The position numbers were made by a program, and so were the translations under genes. The notes below the pieces were generated by a model. The model made no database searches. It was not told the DNA's origin and saw only the letters and a program-made list of their open reading frames with translations. From NCBI GenBank assembly GCA_976551045.1, contig CDPCPM010000026.1, positions 20,522,001 through 20,586,000 of the forward strand: 64,000 nucleotides of DNA, in the 5' to 3' direction. Positions within the stretch are counted from its first letter, which is position 1. Every line of letters starts with the position of its first letter. Below, in pieces: positions 13,918 to 26,612 of this stretch. The stretch comes from Glaucostegus cemiculus. Its lineage: Eukaryota.

Positions 13918-16280
13918 TGCTTACTTATTATTCATTATGCCTCTGACACTTATTGCAGCAACAAAGCTTTTCCACCCCCTCTGTTTCTGGCAAGTCTTTC
14001 AAGGTTTCCCAGGCTTTGGCCCAGGTTTTTTAAACCAGATTCTACAACTTGTACCATGTTGTTCTTGGGTGGCTTAATTTTCATTTGCCTTCATGTACGC
14101 ATCTTTTGCTATTCTAGTGTTGAATCATTTTTCATCTGAAGCACATGGCTCAACCATTCCCAGTGTTCTCAGTGATAATGGTTCTTATTCCATCATGGCT
14201 GCACTGTAAAATCAGGTCTTCGTTTAAGATTGTTCTGGGCCAAAAGATACGGAGGCAGGCTATATAAAATGAAGTCAGTTTGGGCATGTGAAGCCCAAAG
14301 CATTCCCCAGCATCTGCACTTTTTAGAAGTATCGATAAGTCTCAAGTTTAATATGGGTTTCTTGATCTTCAAACTATATTTAAGCTCCTTAAGATGTTCC
14401 TGGCTTTGTTGACTTTGCTCTAGATAGCTTTGCTTATTTCACCATCCTGTCTGATGATGCTTCCAAGTATGTGAATGTTTCTGCATTAGAAATAACAATT
14501 CCTCATCCATACTGATGATGGTGAATCATTGTTAAAGGTCATAATATCTTTCACTCAGTTAATTTTTAGTCTCATTTGTTGGTTGAATGTATTGAGTTCA
14601 ATTGTTTCTTTCCTGCATGTATAGTTGGGTATGTGAAAGGAGACTGAGATAATCTGCAAAGTTTTCAAGGAATGTGAAGGATGTCTATCCATTGTCTCTT
14701 GACATATCTTCTGTTGTACATCATGTTACCCACTAACAATATTGAATAGAATTGCAGACACGCCACTCCCTTGATGTGCTACTATTTTGACTTCAGAGCT
14801 GATCAAAACTTCATGTGAAATTTAGATAATTTGATTATACAGCAAAGGATTCCATATGCCCACAGAGTGTTCCAAGGGCTAGTCCTATGAATGCTGTTAA
14901 AAGTTTTCTCAAAGTCTGTGAAATTTATGCAGGGATGCCATTACTGTTCTGAGCTTTGTTCTACTATATTTTGTAAATTAATGATCTGGTCTATGCAGTT
15001 GTGCTCGCTCTAAAAACTGGCCCATTCTTTTCTGGAACTCCTACCAACTGCTTCTGATGTATGCTGGACTGTGATCTTACACATTACCTTGCTTGGCACA
15101 GATGAAGGTGTAATATCATACCAGTAAATGCAAACATTAAATGTTTTCTTCTTAAGTATCTTGAAACCTATTGGTCCACTCATCTGGCACCTTTTCCCTT
15201 CTCTAGACTGATGTTTGAATAGAGAACCCAGGGTAGGTGCTGCATATTCAGGAGTTATTTTGAACAATTCTGGAACTTTATCTGGAACTTTCCCATTTTT
15301 TTTAAGAATGTGTTATCACAAGGTGGCCTTTATTGCTGAAGAGTGTTAAGGTTTGCTGTTTGCCACTGATAAAACATTATCTTGTAAATGGCTTCTTGTT
15401 TGATATAGGTAGCGCCGGCAGGCTGTCAATATAGTGTTTGTCCACTCTTACATGGTGTTTGATCTCTCAATGTGCCTTGCTGTACTGCTCAAAGAATTTG
15501 ACCTTTAACCTCTGGGATTTTATGTTAAAAACCTTTTACTTCAGGACTTGCATGGTTCCATGTACTTGGTGAGACCTATTCTTCTGCTTTTAGTCTGACC
15601 AGGCTTCACTGCGCTTTATAGATTATTTACACTTTGTGCCATTTCTTGATGTTTCCCTGCCTCTTCATCGTGGACTGCAAGCGGCTAAAACTTGTTCTTT
15701 TACTGCAGAATGAAAGCTTTATGTATTTCAGGAAACATTAGCTTGCTGAAATCATAATGTTGAATGCCTCTTGTACAGTAGTATGTTCATCATACAGAGA
15801 CCAAAACACCTCTCTCAATTTTCATCCATGATGCTACACCCACATATTCCCATTACTCCATCTTTGCTTCTGCTGTTCTTATCAACCTTGGCAGTCAGAT
15901 GTTAGGTCAGGCAGGACACTCTCATTGAATCATCCTGTAGTGTGACATAGAATTTGTCATTTGCTTCTTTGAGGTGTTGTCCCTCATCCCGTCAAGAATG
16001 CAACAGAGTTTCTCCCAGTGCTGTTGTTAACCTTCCTCATCCCATCATCTACTGTCACCAACACCTTAGATGTGATGTCTCATCTTTGCTATGATCTGTG
16101 CCAACTTTCCTGTTTTGGACATTATCCATACTTTCCAAAAAAATAGTTGTTTTTTTTCTTGATGTCAAGGGCTTCAGTCTTCAGGCAAATGGTTTCTTTT
16201 TAACTTTTACTTCTGGCAGTCATACAAGTCATTGACCATCGCACAACCTGAACAACCAAGTTGTCTGTTTTGTCTGGACT
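13918..16280 (-). mobile_element. Decayed near full-length RTE-clade LINE (APE endonuclease + RT + C-terminus)
   Basis: Hand translation: WKVWIMSKTGKLAQI (EN start), GETLLHS, GVMGICGC, ITPSSVPSKVMCKI, DFEKTFNSIHR, HQGSGVSAILFNIV, FADYLSLLSHTQ, WEWLSHVL, EGK*K..PRTTW; tail ataagtaag; many stops and indels. Confidence 0.85.
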
Positions 16281-16339
16281 ATCTTCAGAGCAAACAGGCA
16301 CATTTTAACCCACCAGGAGCAACAAATAAGTTGCTGGCT

Positions 16340-16460
16340 TCTGCCCTCTTCCTTTCCTGCTGAAGGGTCTTGGCCCGAAATATTGACTGTTCATTTCCCT
16401 CCATGGACACTGCCTGACTTGCTGAGTTTCTCCAGCATTTCATGTGTGTTGCAACAAACA
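16340..16460 (+). mobile_element. Penelope-like pLTR fragment with hammerhead-like motif
   Basis: ctgctga-a-gggt-cttg-gccc-gaaa-tatt-gactg followed by tgcctgacttgctgagtttctccagcattt. Confidence 0.7.
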
Positions 16461-17423
16461 TCTGGCTGGCACAGACCATGGGTATCATTAGTGAACACAA
16501 GCTGGCCTGTCATAGCAAGGCATAGACACCAGAAATTACTTTTGTATCTTATGTATCTCTTTGGCTGGTAATACATTGTTCCAATAATATATTAATTGAG
16601 TTTTCATTCTAAGCCAGAAAAAATCCACAGAAACTAATTGGATAACGTCCAAATTATGAAAAGGAATCTAAAGCTAAAGTGGATGTGTAAATAATACAGA
16701 AATTTTCTTTGTCTCCAAATGAATGTTAAGCATTTCTTCAGAATCAACAATAATTGCAATTGTGATTTTTCTAAAGCTTTTAGTCATGTTGTAAATATTT
16801 TGTTAAAGTACGTACATTTAACTGTGAGACAGTACTCAAAATCAATTACAGGTTTGTAATTTGCTTTGATGCACAAATGTGAATCATGAAGACCAGCAGC
16901 AAATGTTACATTCTGGCACAGTGCTTAGGAACTTTGCTTTATTGCATACTTGTACAAGCAATTATCCAATATTTTTGCCTTTTGAATATATATATATTTT
17001 TAAAAATTTATTATAGCAGCAGCATGCAGAACTCAATAGACATTTTCTCTCAATATTCCACTAATTAATAGAAATGCTTTATCATTTTTATTTTCAGTAA
17101 TGAATTATGAGATTTCACTTACAGGTGAAGGTTAATTTAGTAAGTCTTATCATAAAATTGTTTATCCGGCAATCAAATTTTGAATTTGTGGTTTTTCAAA
17201 GTTGTATTTCATTAGAAGCAGTAAACACAATGGCAAAACAAGGTTACTGAGATCAGTTTAAGACTCGAATCATATTTTATTGAAGTTCTCACTGTTTAGT
17301 CTTCATTTCTAACCATGTGAGTAGTGTGATGGCTGTGGCATTTAAAGATAAAACTGAGTAAATTTTATTCGTAATTTTTTCCAGACTTACTGTGTTTTAT
17401 GAATATATTTTTAAAAATTAGCC

Positions 17424-18017
17424 AATAAAAGACTGGCTTAGTTTTACCTTTTGGCTCAGCTCTGCTAGATTAACTTTGCACTCTTTAGTAAAGAAATATT
17501 CAGTATTTTAATTAAATCTATTGTATAATCAAAGGAAGCAGAACAAAATCTCTTGTAAACGACTATTTTTTTCAAAATAGAGAAACTATTATGTAAAAAA
17601 AAGTGTATATTTGTTTTCCTGGAATAATAGCAAAGATCATAAAAGTTTTATGAAAGTTTTAAATGAATGTAATTGTTGATGTATGTTCAAAATATGTGAT
17701 TGATGTTTTGTGCTTTTAGCTATACAAGAATGAAGTGTGGTGCAAGAGTCACTATGCTGAGTCTGTATATTAGTCAATTACTGACTTTCAGGAGACAATG
17801 ATTTCTGGTCACACAATATCTCTAGCTTTTGAATTGCTGTTGTGAATTAAGTTTGAATTTTAAGCAACAATTGTAATATTGTTGATTATTTTTTAATCAA
17901 AATGAATTGATCATTGATAAGTAATTGAAGCTTTTTAAAGTTCCATATGATTATTGATTTGGAATATCACAAAGCAAAATCAATTTTTGAGGAAGAATTG
18001 CAATTTAGTGTAATAAA
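17424..18017 (+). terminator. Candidate WWP2 polyadenylation signals (AATAAA at 17424-17429 and 18012-18017)
   Basis: First canonical hexamers I could see after the stop; they lie in an AU/TGTA-rich, UTR-like tract (~16600-18050). Confidence 0.45.
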
Positions 18018-18202
18018 AATGAAGATTTTAACATTGCATCCAGAAAATACATCTTGTTTTAAATTTTATTGTATCCATTGCAGAGTGTCACTGCACTCAG
18101 TGGTATAATTGTGTGGTGGAGAACTACTGTGATTCCTATATTTAAAAACAGATGCAACAAGTTCAGAATTTAGCCTAATGTAGGAAAAGGAACTATATTT
18201 TT

Positions 18203-18630
18203 AATCAGAATCAGGTTTATTATCACTGACATATGTTGTGAAATGTGTTGTTTTGTGGCAAAAATACAATGCATAAAGACATAATAATTACTATAAGTTA
18301 CAAAAATAAATAAATGGTGCAAAAGAGGAATAATGAGGTAGAGTTCATGGACTGTTCAGAAATCTGATGGCGGAGGGGTAGAAGCTATTCCTGAAACATT
18401 GAGTGTGGGTCTTCAGGCTCCTGTACCTGCTTCCCAATGGTAGTAACGTGAAGAGGTCGTGAGGGTTCATAATGATTGATGCTGCCTTCTTGAGGCACCA
18501 CCTCCTGAAGATGTCCTCAATTGTGGGGAGGGTTGTGCCCATGATGGAGCTGGCTGAGTCTATAACCCTCTGCAGCCTCTTTTGATCCTACACATTGGAG
18601 CCTTCATAGCAGGCTGTGATGCAACCAATC
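18203..18630 (-). mobile_element. Rex1/Babar-like LINE 3' end
   Basis: LFTLLPLGSRYRSLKTHTQCFRNSFYPSAIRFLN; tail aataaacctgattctgatt. Confidence 0.85.
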
Positions 18631-18759
18631 AAAGAGGTAGGAAAACATCTCATAGCAAAAATATAATAGTTGGCTCTGATTGTAAGCAGGAGTGTCTTGC
18701 TTGACTTACTGTATTAAATTTGTTGATAAGTAGCAGAAACCAGATAGGACCAAAAGTAT

Positions 18760-19520
18760 GATCTAATATTCCTGGATTTTTAGAAGGTGTTCCATAAAGT
18801 GCAGTATTAGCAGACTTGCAAACAAGATTGGAATAATATAGAATCTAGGGAATAGTCTAATGAGTTAGAGGGGCAAGCGGATCTGGGGATACAAATTCAC
18901 AATTATTAGAAGTAGTAAAGCAGTTTAATAAGGCTATTAACATGTAACTAATCTACTTTTCTTCTGGATTCATTTTCAGAAGAACAAAGATGAAAGGCAG
19001 AGAGGTTATGTTAAACTTTTATAAAACATTTTGTTAGGCCACATTTGGAGTACTATGCACTGTTCTGGCCTCTCTATTACAAGAATTATGTTAAAACACT
19101 GGATAGTATAAAATGTTTGACATATGGTACCAGAACCAAGAGGTTATAAGCAAGAAGCAAATAGGATCAGCTGCTTTTTTTTAAATAAAGAAAAAATGCT
19201 GTGGGGTGACATAATAGGTACTTCTTAAGGCAAACAAAAAATTGTAAAGGGATCTGTCAAATTAGACATATAGAAGATATATCCATATTGGGTAGTCCAA
19301 AACCAATGGTTACAGAAGTAGGATAACTAATAAAATCAGAAAAGAATTTAGGAAAAACATCATTACATAAAAAGAATGTTCAACATTCTGTCACATGGAG
19401 TATTGTGCAAATTGCCTAGATGGAATTAAAAGGATGGTTCATAAGCACATGAGGGAAGAAAGGAATCAAAAAATGTATTGATAGGATGACTAAAGTGGGG
19501 CCGGATGAAGGTATAGAAGC
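18760..19520 (+). mobile_element. Decayed CR1 LINE
   Basis: Remnants of LDF*KVFHKV and VRPHLEY..FW motifs. Confidence 0.7.
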
Positions 19521-20479
19521 CGGACAGAAAGGTCAATGATTTCTAAATGTTTCATTTATCAGCTATGTACTTTCAAGTTTAAATCTCTGTACCAGTTAAT
19601 AAGAAACCTATACATATGTAGAGTCTGGCATTTAGAATCTCTATATTTTGATTACAGAATAATTGTTGATCTTAATTTTATATCTTTGTGTTTCTGTCAT
19701 TGCTTTGAATGGACTCATTATTCTATTCATTGCAAAAGAAAAAAGTGCACTCTTGCCATGAGGGGGCGTTTCTCTTACTTTATACATTGCACCAATGACA
19801 TCATTTCTATGTGGTCCCATATGTAACCCAGTTGTATAATTAAGCCCCAATGGTGTTCCCTAATTCCTGTCACATTTTTGGAATATCCAGTTGCCAGTCC
19901 TAAATATAGCATAAGTAAGATAGCCTTACTGACAACTCACATGTCCACAGTTTCAAATATTTTGCATTTTACGGTGGTTGGTTTATTTGGACTAACTCTA
20001 TCACAATCAAAAAAATCATTTTTTCTGTCCTGGAGTTCAAAATATTTCTAATATGGTTGGCTGGTAGCTGTGCTGAAAAAAAAACAGTAGGCTTCTGTGC
20101 AGTGTCTTGAGAATCGCACCCCCAAGGGTTGAGTTCTCAATTGCAAATCCACGTCATGTTCCCTCAATTACTGAGTAATGATGATATAGTTCCAGAGTAG
20201 GTTCTAACCAAGAATGAAGGGTGGAGGAGACTCTAAGGTGGCAAGTGAATTATGGAGGTAATGGAGATAAAAGAAAATAAGGTTAAGGTGAGTAGAAGCT
20301 TCTTATTGCAACTAATCGGATGCATATTATTTCTGATTACCAAATGGTGATATGAGAAGAGTTTCGATATTAAAACTTAGCAAAGGTAATATCTCAATAT
20401 TAGAAAGTTATTTTTCATTTGTTTTTGAATTCCTCACTGTTACAGAAAAAATCCTTAAAAATTACATTTTTGCCTGCCA

Positions 20480-20830
20480 TCATCCTCTTTCATTTGTACA
20501 TGCTGGGCATGTCCCAGTAGGCCAGACCAAACAACATTATTCACACTTTACAACATTAGCAACACCTTACTCAAACAAAGGAGCCTAACTGTCCCCTAGT
20601 GGCCACATTATTTCATCCTTTCAGAGAAATTCCCTTTGATCCATCCACTGCCTTCCCACACTTTCTTTGCTACCTAGCCTAACTTGTGTCTTTCTTTCTC
20701 AGTTATGATGAAGGGTCTCAGACCTGAAGTGTTAACCATTTCTCTTTCCACAGTGGCTCCTGATCTGCTGAGCTTTTCCAGCACTTTTTGCTGTTATTTC
20801 AGATTTCCAATGTCTGCAGTTTTATTATTA
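20480..20830 (+). mobile_element. Penelope-like element 3' relic (GIY-YIG remnant + pLTR)
   Basis: VGQTKQ (YIGQT-like) followed by a pLTR with atgatga-agggtc-tca-gacct-gaag-tgtt. Confidence 0.55.
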
Positions 20831-21669
20831 CAGACCTATATCACCAATATTACAAAATGGATAAAAGAGTGGTTTGTTACAATAGGTTTGAATTCTTCTA
20901 ACCCCATGAATCCTAAACAAAAGTTGATTTTCTCTTTCTGAAAAGAACTGCTGAGTTATGGTATTCAAAAGTGAAGATTTAGATCATATTATAGTTATTC
21001 TAATCCTGAGAGTTCTGGACCTCAGAAAAAAGTCAATCAGATGATATCTCATTGTCTTGCTCTTTAATAATCCTCAATTGCTTCTTTAGCTTGAACAATG
21101 TTTCCACAAGTGTTTTACAACAATATTTCCAATACGTAACCTCTTATGTTGAATGAAGAGACTAATATTCTGCCATTTTATTGACCCTTTTTCCTATAAA
21201 AATATGATAGTTGGCCTTTGGTGGGATAGATAACCGTGGAAGCTGTCTGATTTCCACACTGTGGAGTCAATTAAATTAAAAATATGGGTTCTTTATAGGT
21301 GGGGAATCAGCCCCATTATATTGTTGCTCAGGTACAAAAAATCAAAATTCACAATAGAAGTACTGGCTTGATGGAATGGGGGTGAAAAAGGAAGTGTAAT
21401 CTTAAAATTGGTGCTAAGCTGTTTGGAAAATAAACCTGGAAACAATTCACAAACATTGTTTCACAGAAATGTGGAACTCCCCTGCCTGGAAGGCTGTAAA
21501 CACTGGACCAACTGAACTTATCAAGACTAAGGTGGATATATTCTCATGCAGTGGAGGGATTAAGGCAGAAAGTAACTAAACCGAGTAAAAAGAGTGAAGG
21601 CAATTAACTGTGATCAGATAATGGAGCAACTTGAAGGAGTGAGTTGCTGACGCCTTTCCTATAAAAATA

Positions 21670-22085
21670 TGATACTCTGGCTTCACCTCCCTCAACTCTG
21701 ACTGTGTTGTTACTCCTCCTACATCTGAGCCAGAAAGCTGTGGCACTCAGCTTGCACTCCTGTGAGGATGTGCTGCAGTGCTGGAGCCGCTGCCTTTTGA
21801 ATCAAATATCAGTCTGTCAATCTCTTGGACGGATGTAAAAGACTCTGTGGCATTACTTTGAAGGAGAGTCAGGGCGTTATTTCTTATAGGCCAACCAACA
21901 TTCATCCCTCAGTTACCACTAAAACTGATTACCTAATCATTGTTACATTCCTGCTTGCTGTGTGCAAATTGGATGCCGCATTTGTTTGTTAAAGTAATGG
22001 CTACACTTCAACAATATTATAAACTGGAAAGAACTTTGGGATGTTCTGAGGTCTGAAACAATTACAGAAATATACGTCCCTTTTT
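21670..22085 (+). mobile_element. Deu-SINE (SacSINE1/AmnSINE1-related)
   Basis: ggatgtaaaagactctgtggcattactttgaagg...ccaacattcatccctca...cttgctgtgtgcaaattggatgccgc...ctttgggatgttctgagg. Confidence 0.8.
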
Positions 22086-23399
22086 TCACCCATCATTAGG
22101 CACTTTTTGCCTATGGAGAAGGTCCAAAGAAACTCCTACAAGATATTTTATTTTCAATTGAAATTGAAATTGAAATTAAAATTAAAATTTTAACAATGTC
22201 TGTTATAACCCAAAAGAAAATTTTGCTTTTCAAATTAATTCACCCTTATGTGGCTTATAGAAAACACTGTTACAATGGTGTCTGGTGCATTCTCTAATTC
22301 TGCAGCTGCCTGTGATTTTTTGGTCATTTTAATGAAAGATCACTTTTATATTTATCCTTATTGTGTATGCAAGCCAGGTAATGAATATGTAGAACTCTTC
22401 CAGATATTTTATTCTGAAATCAGTGGCAACTGTTTTGCTATTGGACAAATTCACTAAACCCCTTTCTCTCTGGTTATGTCACTTAGAACTTTGTGTTACT
22501 GAATCAGAAGGCATGCTTCACTGCAGGATTTCAATCAATGCTAAGGCTTATGCACTGTACTTGAAAGTGCCATAGTGTAAGTAGTACTTGTGCATCTCCC
22601 TCTGTCCTTGTTCAGAATGTTATCTTAATGTGAAAATTCTACTGGAAAAAGTTCAGTGAGGTTTTCTTGGTTTTAAATTACTGAATTATCATCGACGATC
22701 TGATAGCAAGAGTCTCACCCCCCAAAATGAGGCATCAGTTGAGAAGACGACAAAGTACCTGTTACTGATTTCTTTAAGGAGAAAATTAACAATATGGTTC
22801 AGGTAATACCAAAAATGGTGAAAGCAAATATTTCCAATGGCTATTCATCAAAGTGGAATCTTGCCATTGTAGGTTAATTATTCTAGATTAAGTAGTCTTT
22901 AGATGGGACCCTAATGATCAAGCTAGTGATAATTTTATGCACAGGTGCTGTATTTTAGGTACATGCTGAATAACCTTAATCTCATTTCTTGTGAAGGCTC
23001 TTGTATATCTTCACCATATTGAGAGAGAGTTTGTATAATGAATAAACTACTATTCAAACTGAAGTTGTTTGTAGCCATTGGGAATTTGATATCTAAGTAT
23101 GAAAGAGTTATAATCATATCTCACAGCTAAAATTGAAAGCGGTAAAGCCCAAAACTACAGGACAACTTGAAATAAGGCCAGAACATGATGTAAACACTTA
23201 GCAAGCCAGACAGGGCTTCTGTCTTTTCTCTCCCTAAATGAATTATCTGGTGTGATGGTGTTTACAGCATTTTCTGTTTCATTAGTTGCAAGTGTGTGGA
23301 TACTCAGAACAATGCTGCCACCTGCTGTTAATCTATATAAATGGCATGAAAATGCTTGAAACTTCAGCTCAATTGCCTATGGAACAAAACTAGTTTGTA

Positions 23400-24200
23400 C
23401 TTGTGAAGTTGCACTCTTGTCTCCAAGTCTACAAACACTGACAGGACTAGCTTCTTATGCCAAGTAGTGGGGTTGAATTTTACTTTAACGGCCCATATAC
23501 AAAAGTTGTGTTTATGATTTACTGGATTTGAGGCTCAATTTTAGTGCCTGGTGTGAGGTGGGGGGAAACATTCTGGCTCTCTCCATTCACCACCCTCACC
23601 ACCCCCCCCCCCCCCCCCCCACACACACACCTCCCCTTCTCATCCCCACTGTCTGCTCTGGTGTTATGGATTCAACATCTACTCTGGAATTGGAACATAT
23701 AATCCAAGCTGATAGGTCAGTTTGAAGAAAGGTCAGAATATGAAGAAAGTGTTGGATCATCTTCAGATCATGTATCGAATGATTTAAATAGTTCTGCCTT
23801 TCATTCTATCACGTTGCCACCTTTCTCCACTTTTCCTGAAACCTATAATATCTTCCTATTTAGATAATCTATCCTAACAAATCAGCTGTTATTTTTTCCC
23901 CCCACAGATTCTGTCTGAACATCTGCAGTATTTTGCTTACATCTTAAATCAAAGCTGTGTGCTTCAGTAAATGTTTATAATTTCATGGTAATGTTCAAAG
24001 GGAAGAGATTTTATCATTTATTTTCAAACCAAAAAAATCAAGAATGATTAGCTAATCATTATTTTGTTGCTCTTTGTGAAACCAATAGTGTATTAATTGG
24101 CTATAACATTTGTCTACAAAGCCTTTGTCCACTTGAAATGTTACAAACTGGGTGCGAAGTGCTTTGGAATCTCCCTGAGATGTGAATAAATACAAGTTTT
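23400..24200 (+). mobile_element. Fragmented Deu-SINE interrupted by other repeats (includes poly-C 23601-23619)
   Basis: Head gcactcttgtctccaagtc, ataatccaagctga, tail gtgctttggaatctccctgag...aaatacaagt. Confidence 0.55.
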
Positions 24201-24809
24201 TGTCTTACCCAAAGTCCTTCTTTATCCAATGATGATTTTATCTTTAAAATTTCCAAAAAAATCATCCTTACAAGTATAGAGCTGGAAATGTTTTGAGGTT
24301 TACTTCTTTACCCAAATAATTCAACTTTACAGAGTTGAAGCTTATCCATGTTACAAAAACAAACATCTCTCTAGACTCTTCTACTTTTCAACTTCTAATA
24401 CTGCACAGGCTGCAAGAAAACTTTTGGTAGAAAAGTGAGACTGATCTTTTTCTTTGAAACTTTAATATCTGTTTTCATTATTTTTATTATTGTATTTTAT
24501 CAGAACAGTATGGTTACCATTCATCAGAAGTATTCTCTTCTCATTATAATCTCCAAACATTCCTTTCAAGTAGCTCCAACTCTTCCTTTGACACACTCTG
24601 TGTACAAAGTGTAGCAACATTAACAACAAGTATTCATGCAAAAATGATTTTCATATTCAGATTGTATTGGAAAAAAGTTTTCTTCCATTATTTTTCCCCT
24701 TTTGAATACTGAAATAGAAAATTTAATGTAACTCAATTATTCTCTATTGGCCAATGAATCTGTAACAATTTTGCTCATGGCAAATCAATGAAAACAGAAT
24801 TCCTAACAG

Positions 24810-25380
24810 TATAAGAACATAACAAACTGTGGAAAGAATAGGCCCTGTGCTTCCTTGAGTCTTTCCCCCATTTAATATAATCACACCTTAAATTTAAATA
24901 CCTGACCTGATCTTGACCTCATGTCCACTTTTCCCACTGTTCCTTGCAATTCATGACTCCCCAAAAGACCAAAAATCTGTCTCCAGGCCTTAAATATATT
25001 CAATAATTCAGACTTCACTGCTCTCGAGAGGTAAACAATTTCAATTGTTCAAGGCCCCCTTGAGAGAAATAATTTCTCTTCAGCTCCATTATAAATGGGC
25101 AGCGACTTAGTTTGAAACTGTGCCCTGTAGTTCTAGATTGCCTGGTGAAGGGGAAGCATCCTCTCAGGATTTAGCTTACCAAGCCTTCTCAGAATCATGC
25201 AGGTTCCAGTAAGATTGCTTATCACTCTTCAAATTCCAATGTCTATAGAATGAAATCCCTCATGCAACTGCTTCATCCCAGGAATCAACCTAGCGAACCT
25301 TTTCTGAAGTGCGTCCAATTAAATATATGTTACTTTAAGTAAGGAAACTGAAATCCTATAGTGCAAGGCATGGTCTCAGC
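24810..25380 (-). mobile_element. Decayed CR1 3' end
   Basis: ataagaacataa tail; cttcatcccaggaatcaacctagcgaacct is the reverse of RFARLIPGMK. Confidence 0.75.
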
Positions 25381-26170
25381 AAATCAAGCAGTATCTGTGT
25401 AGACAGAAACGGAATTAACGATTCAGGTCAAAATCTGACCTAACCTTCTCATCTTCCTGTCTGGCCGCTCCTACCTCTTTGCCTGGATCTACATAACAAT
25501 ACCATTTACAATCCAATTTCAGGCTGTTCAAGTCTGCAGTATTGATTTCTTCCTATTTTGATTTTATTTTTGCTTTCCTTGTCCAATCTATTCCCATCTA
25601 CATCTGCAACTTTGCTAACATCTTTTATCTTGTTGATATTTTCAGGTTTCCTGGCTCCAACCATCTATTTCAACTATGGTGACAATTCAGACCAATGTAC
25701 TCTGAGACCTCACTTTATCATTAAACTTAAGCTACCTGAACTTCTTTCTTTGAGGAACTTATCTTTTGAGTTCACTCACCTCCTCCAAATAAAAGTTATC
25801 ATCATTAGTATTTGCTTGTATTTTTACTTTATATAAAACACATTGTTACAGTCGTAACTGTCCCAGTCAGGATCCTTCCCACACTTCTTTTTCCAGTAGA
25901 TTAAAAATTCCATCAATGTTGTTTATTGCTTTAACCCAAAACTGAAACATATTCATAATTTTTGCTTTCAGTTTTTGTTCTTTCCTAGCCAATGCTTAGG
26001 TCAACAGCCAACTCTTCCCTTCTTAGACTTCTCTGTCTTGATGTCAGGGGATATACTGCTAACCCTGTAGATATAAAACAATCTCTTCACAGGTGTTCCC
26101 TGACCTGCTGATTATTTCCAGGATTTTGTGCTTTTTATTTTACATTTACAGCAGCTGCTGCATTTGTCTT
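25380..26170 (+). mobile_element. Penelope-like (Neptune-type) RT relic between inverted pLTR-like ends
   Basis: ELLSLRNLSFEFTHLLQIK and LPFLDFSVLMSGD resemble PLE RT motifs (NNFSF..FLQIKG, LPFLD). Confidence 0.65.
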
Positions 26171-26612
26171 TTAGCTGACGGGGTTTAAGGTGCCTAAATG
26201 GGGACTGACTATGGTGGATAAAAAGGGGTGACAGGAATTACAGTGAGTTTTTGAAGTATTGAAAGTAGCTGTGGCCTCCAAGCATTGTCAATGCCAGAAA
26301 GTATTATTAAATCATGACAATAGTAAACAGGAAAGGCAAACAAACCCTTTAGAAATGTATTGCTGTACTCATAAGTGAATTTGTGTTAAGAGCTTTACTT
26401 TTTGACATAATTTCAGAACATTGTAGCAGTTTCACAAGCCTGTTGGTGAAAAATGTTAATTAGTTTGTTTCAGAATATGGCAGAAATATCTGCTGTATAT
26501 TTTGATTTCTGTTCATCTGAACTGTGGTAAAATCTTTCCCAAAGTTAGTGCAACTTAGAAGTTGTACATACATTAACAATTCTAAGGTGCATACAGAAAA
26601 TGACAAACTATT

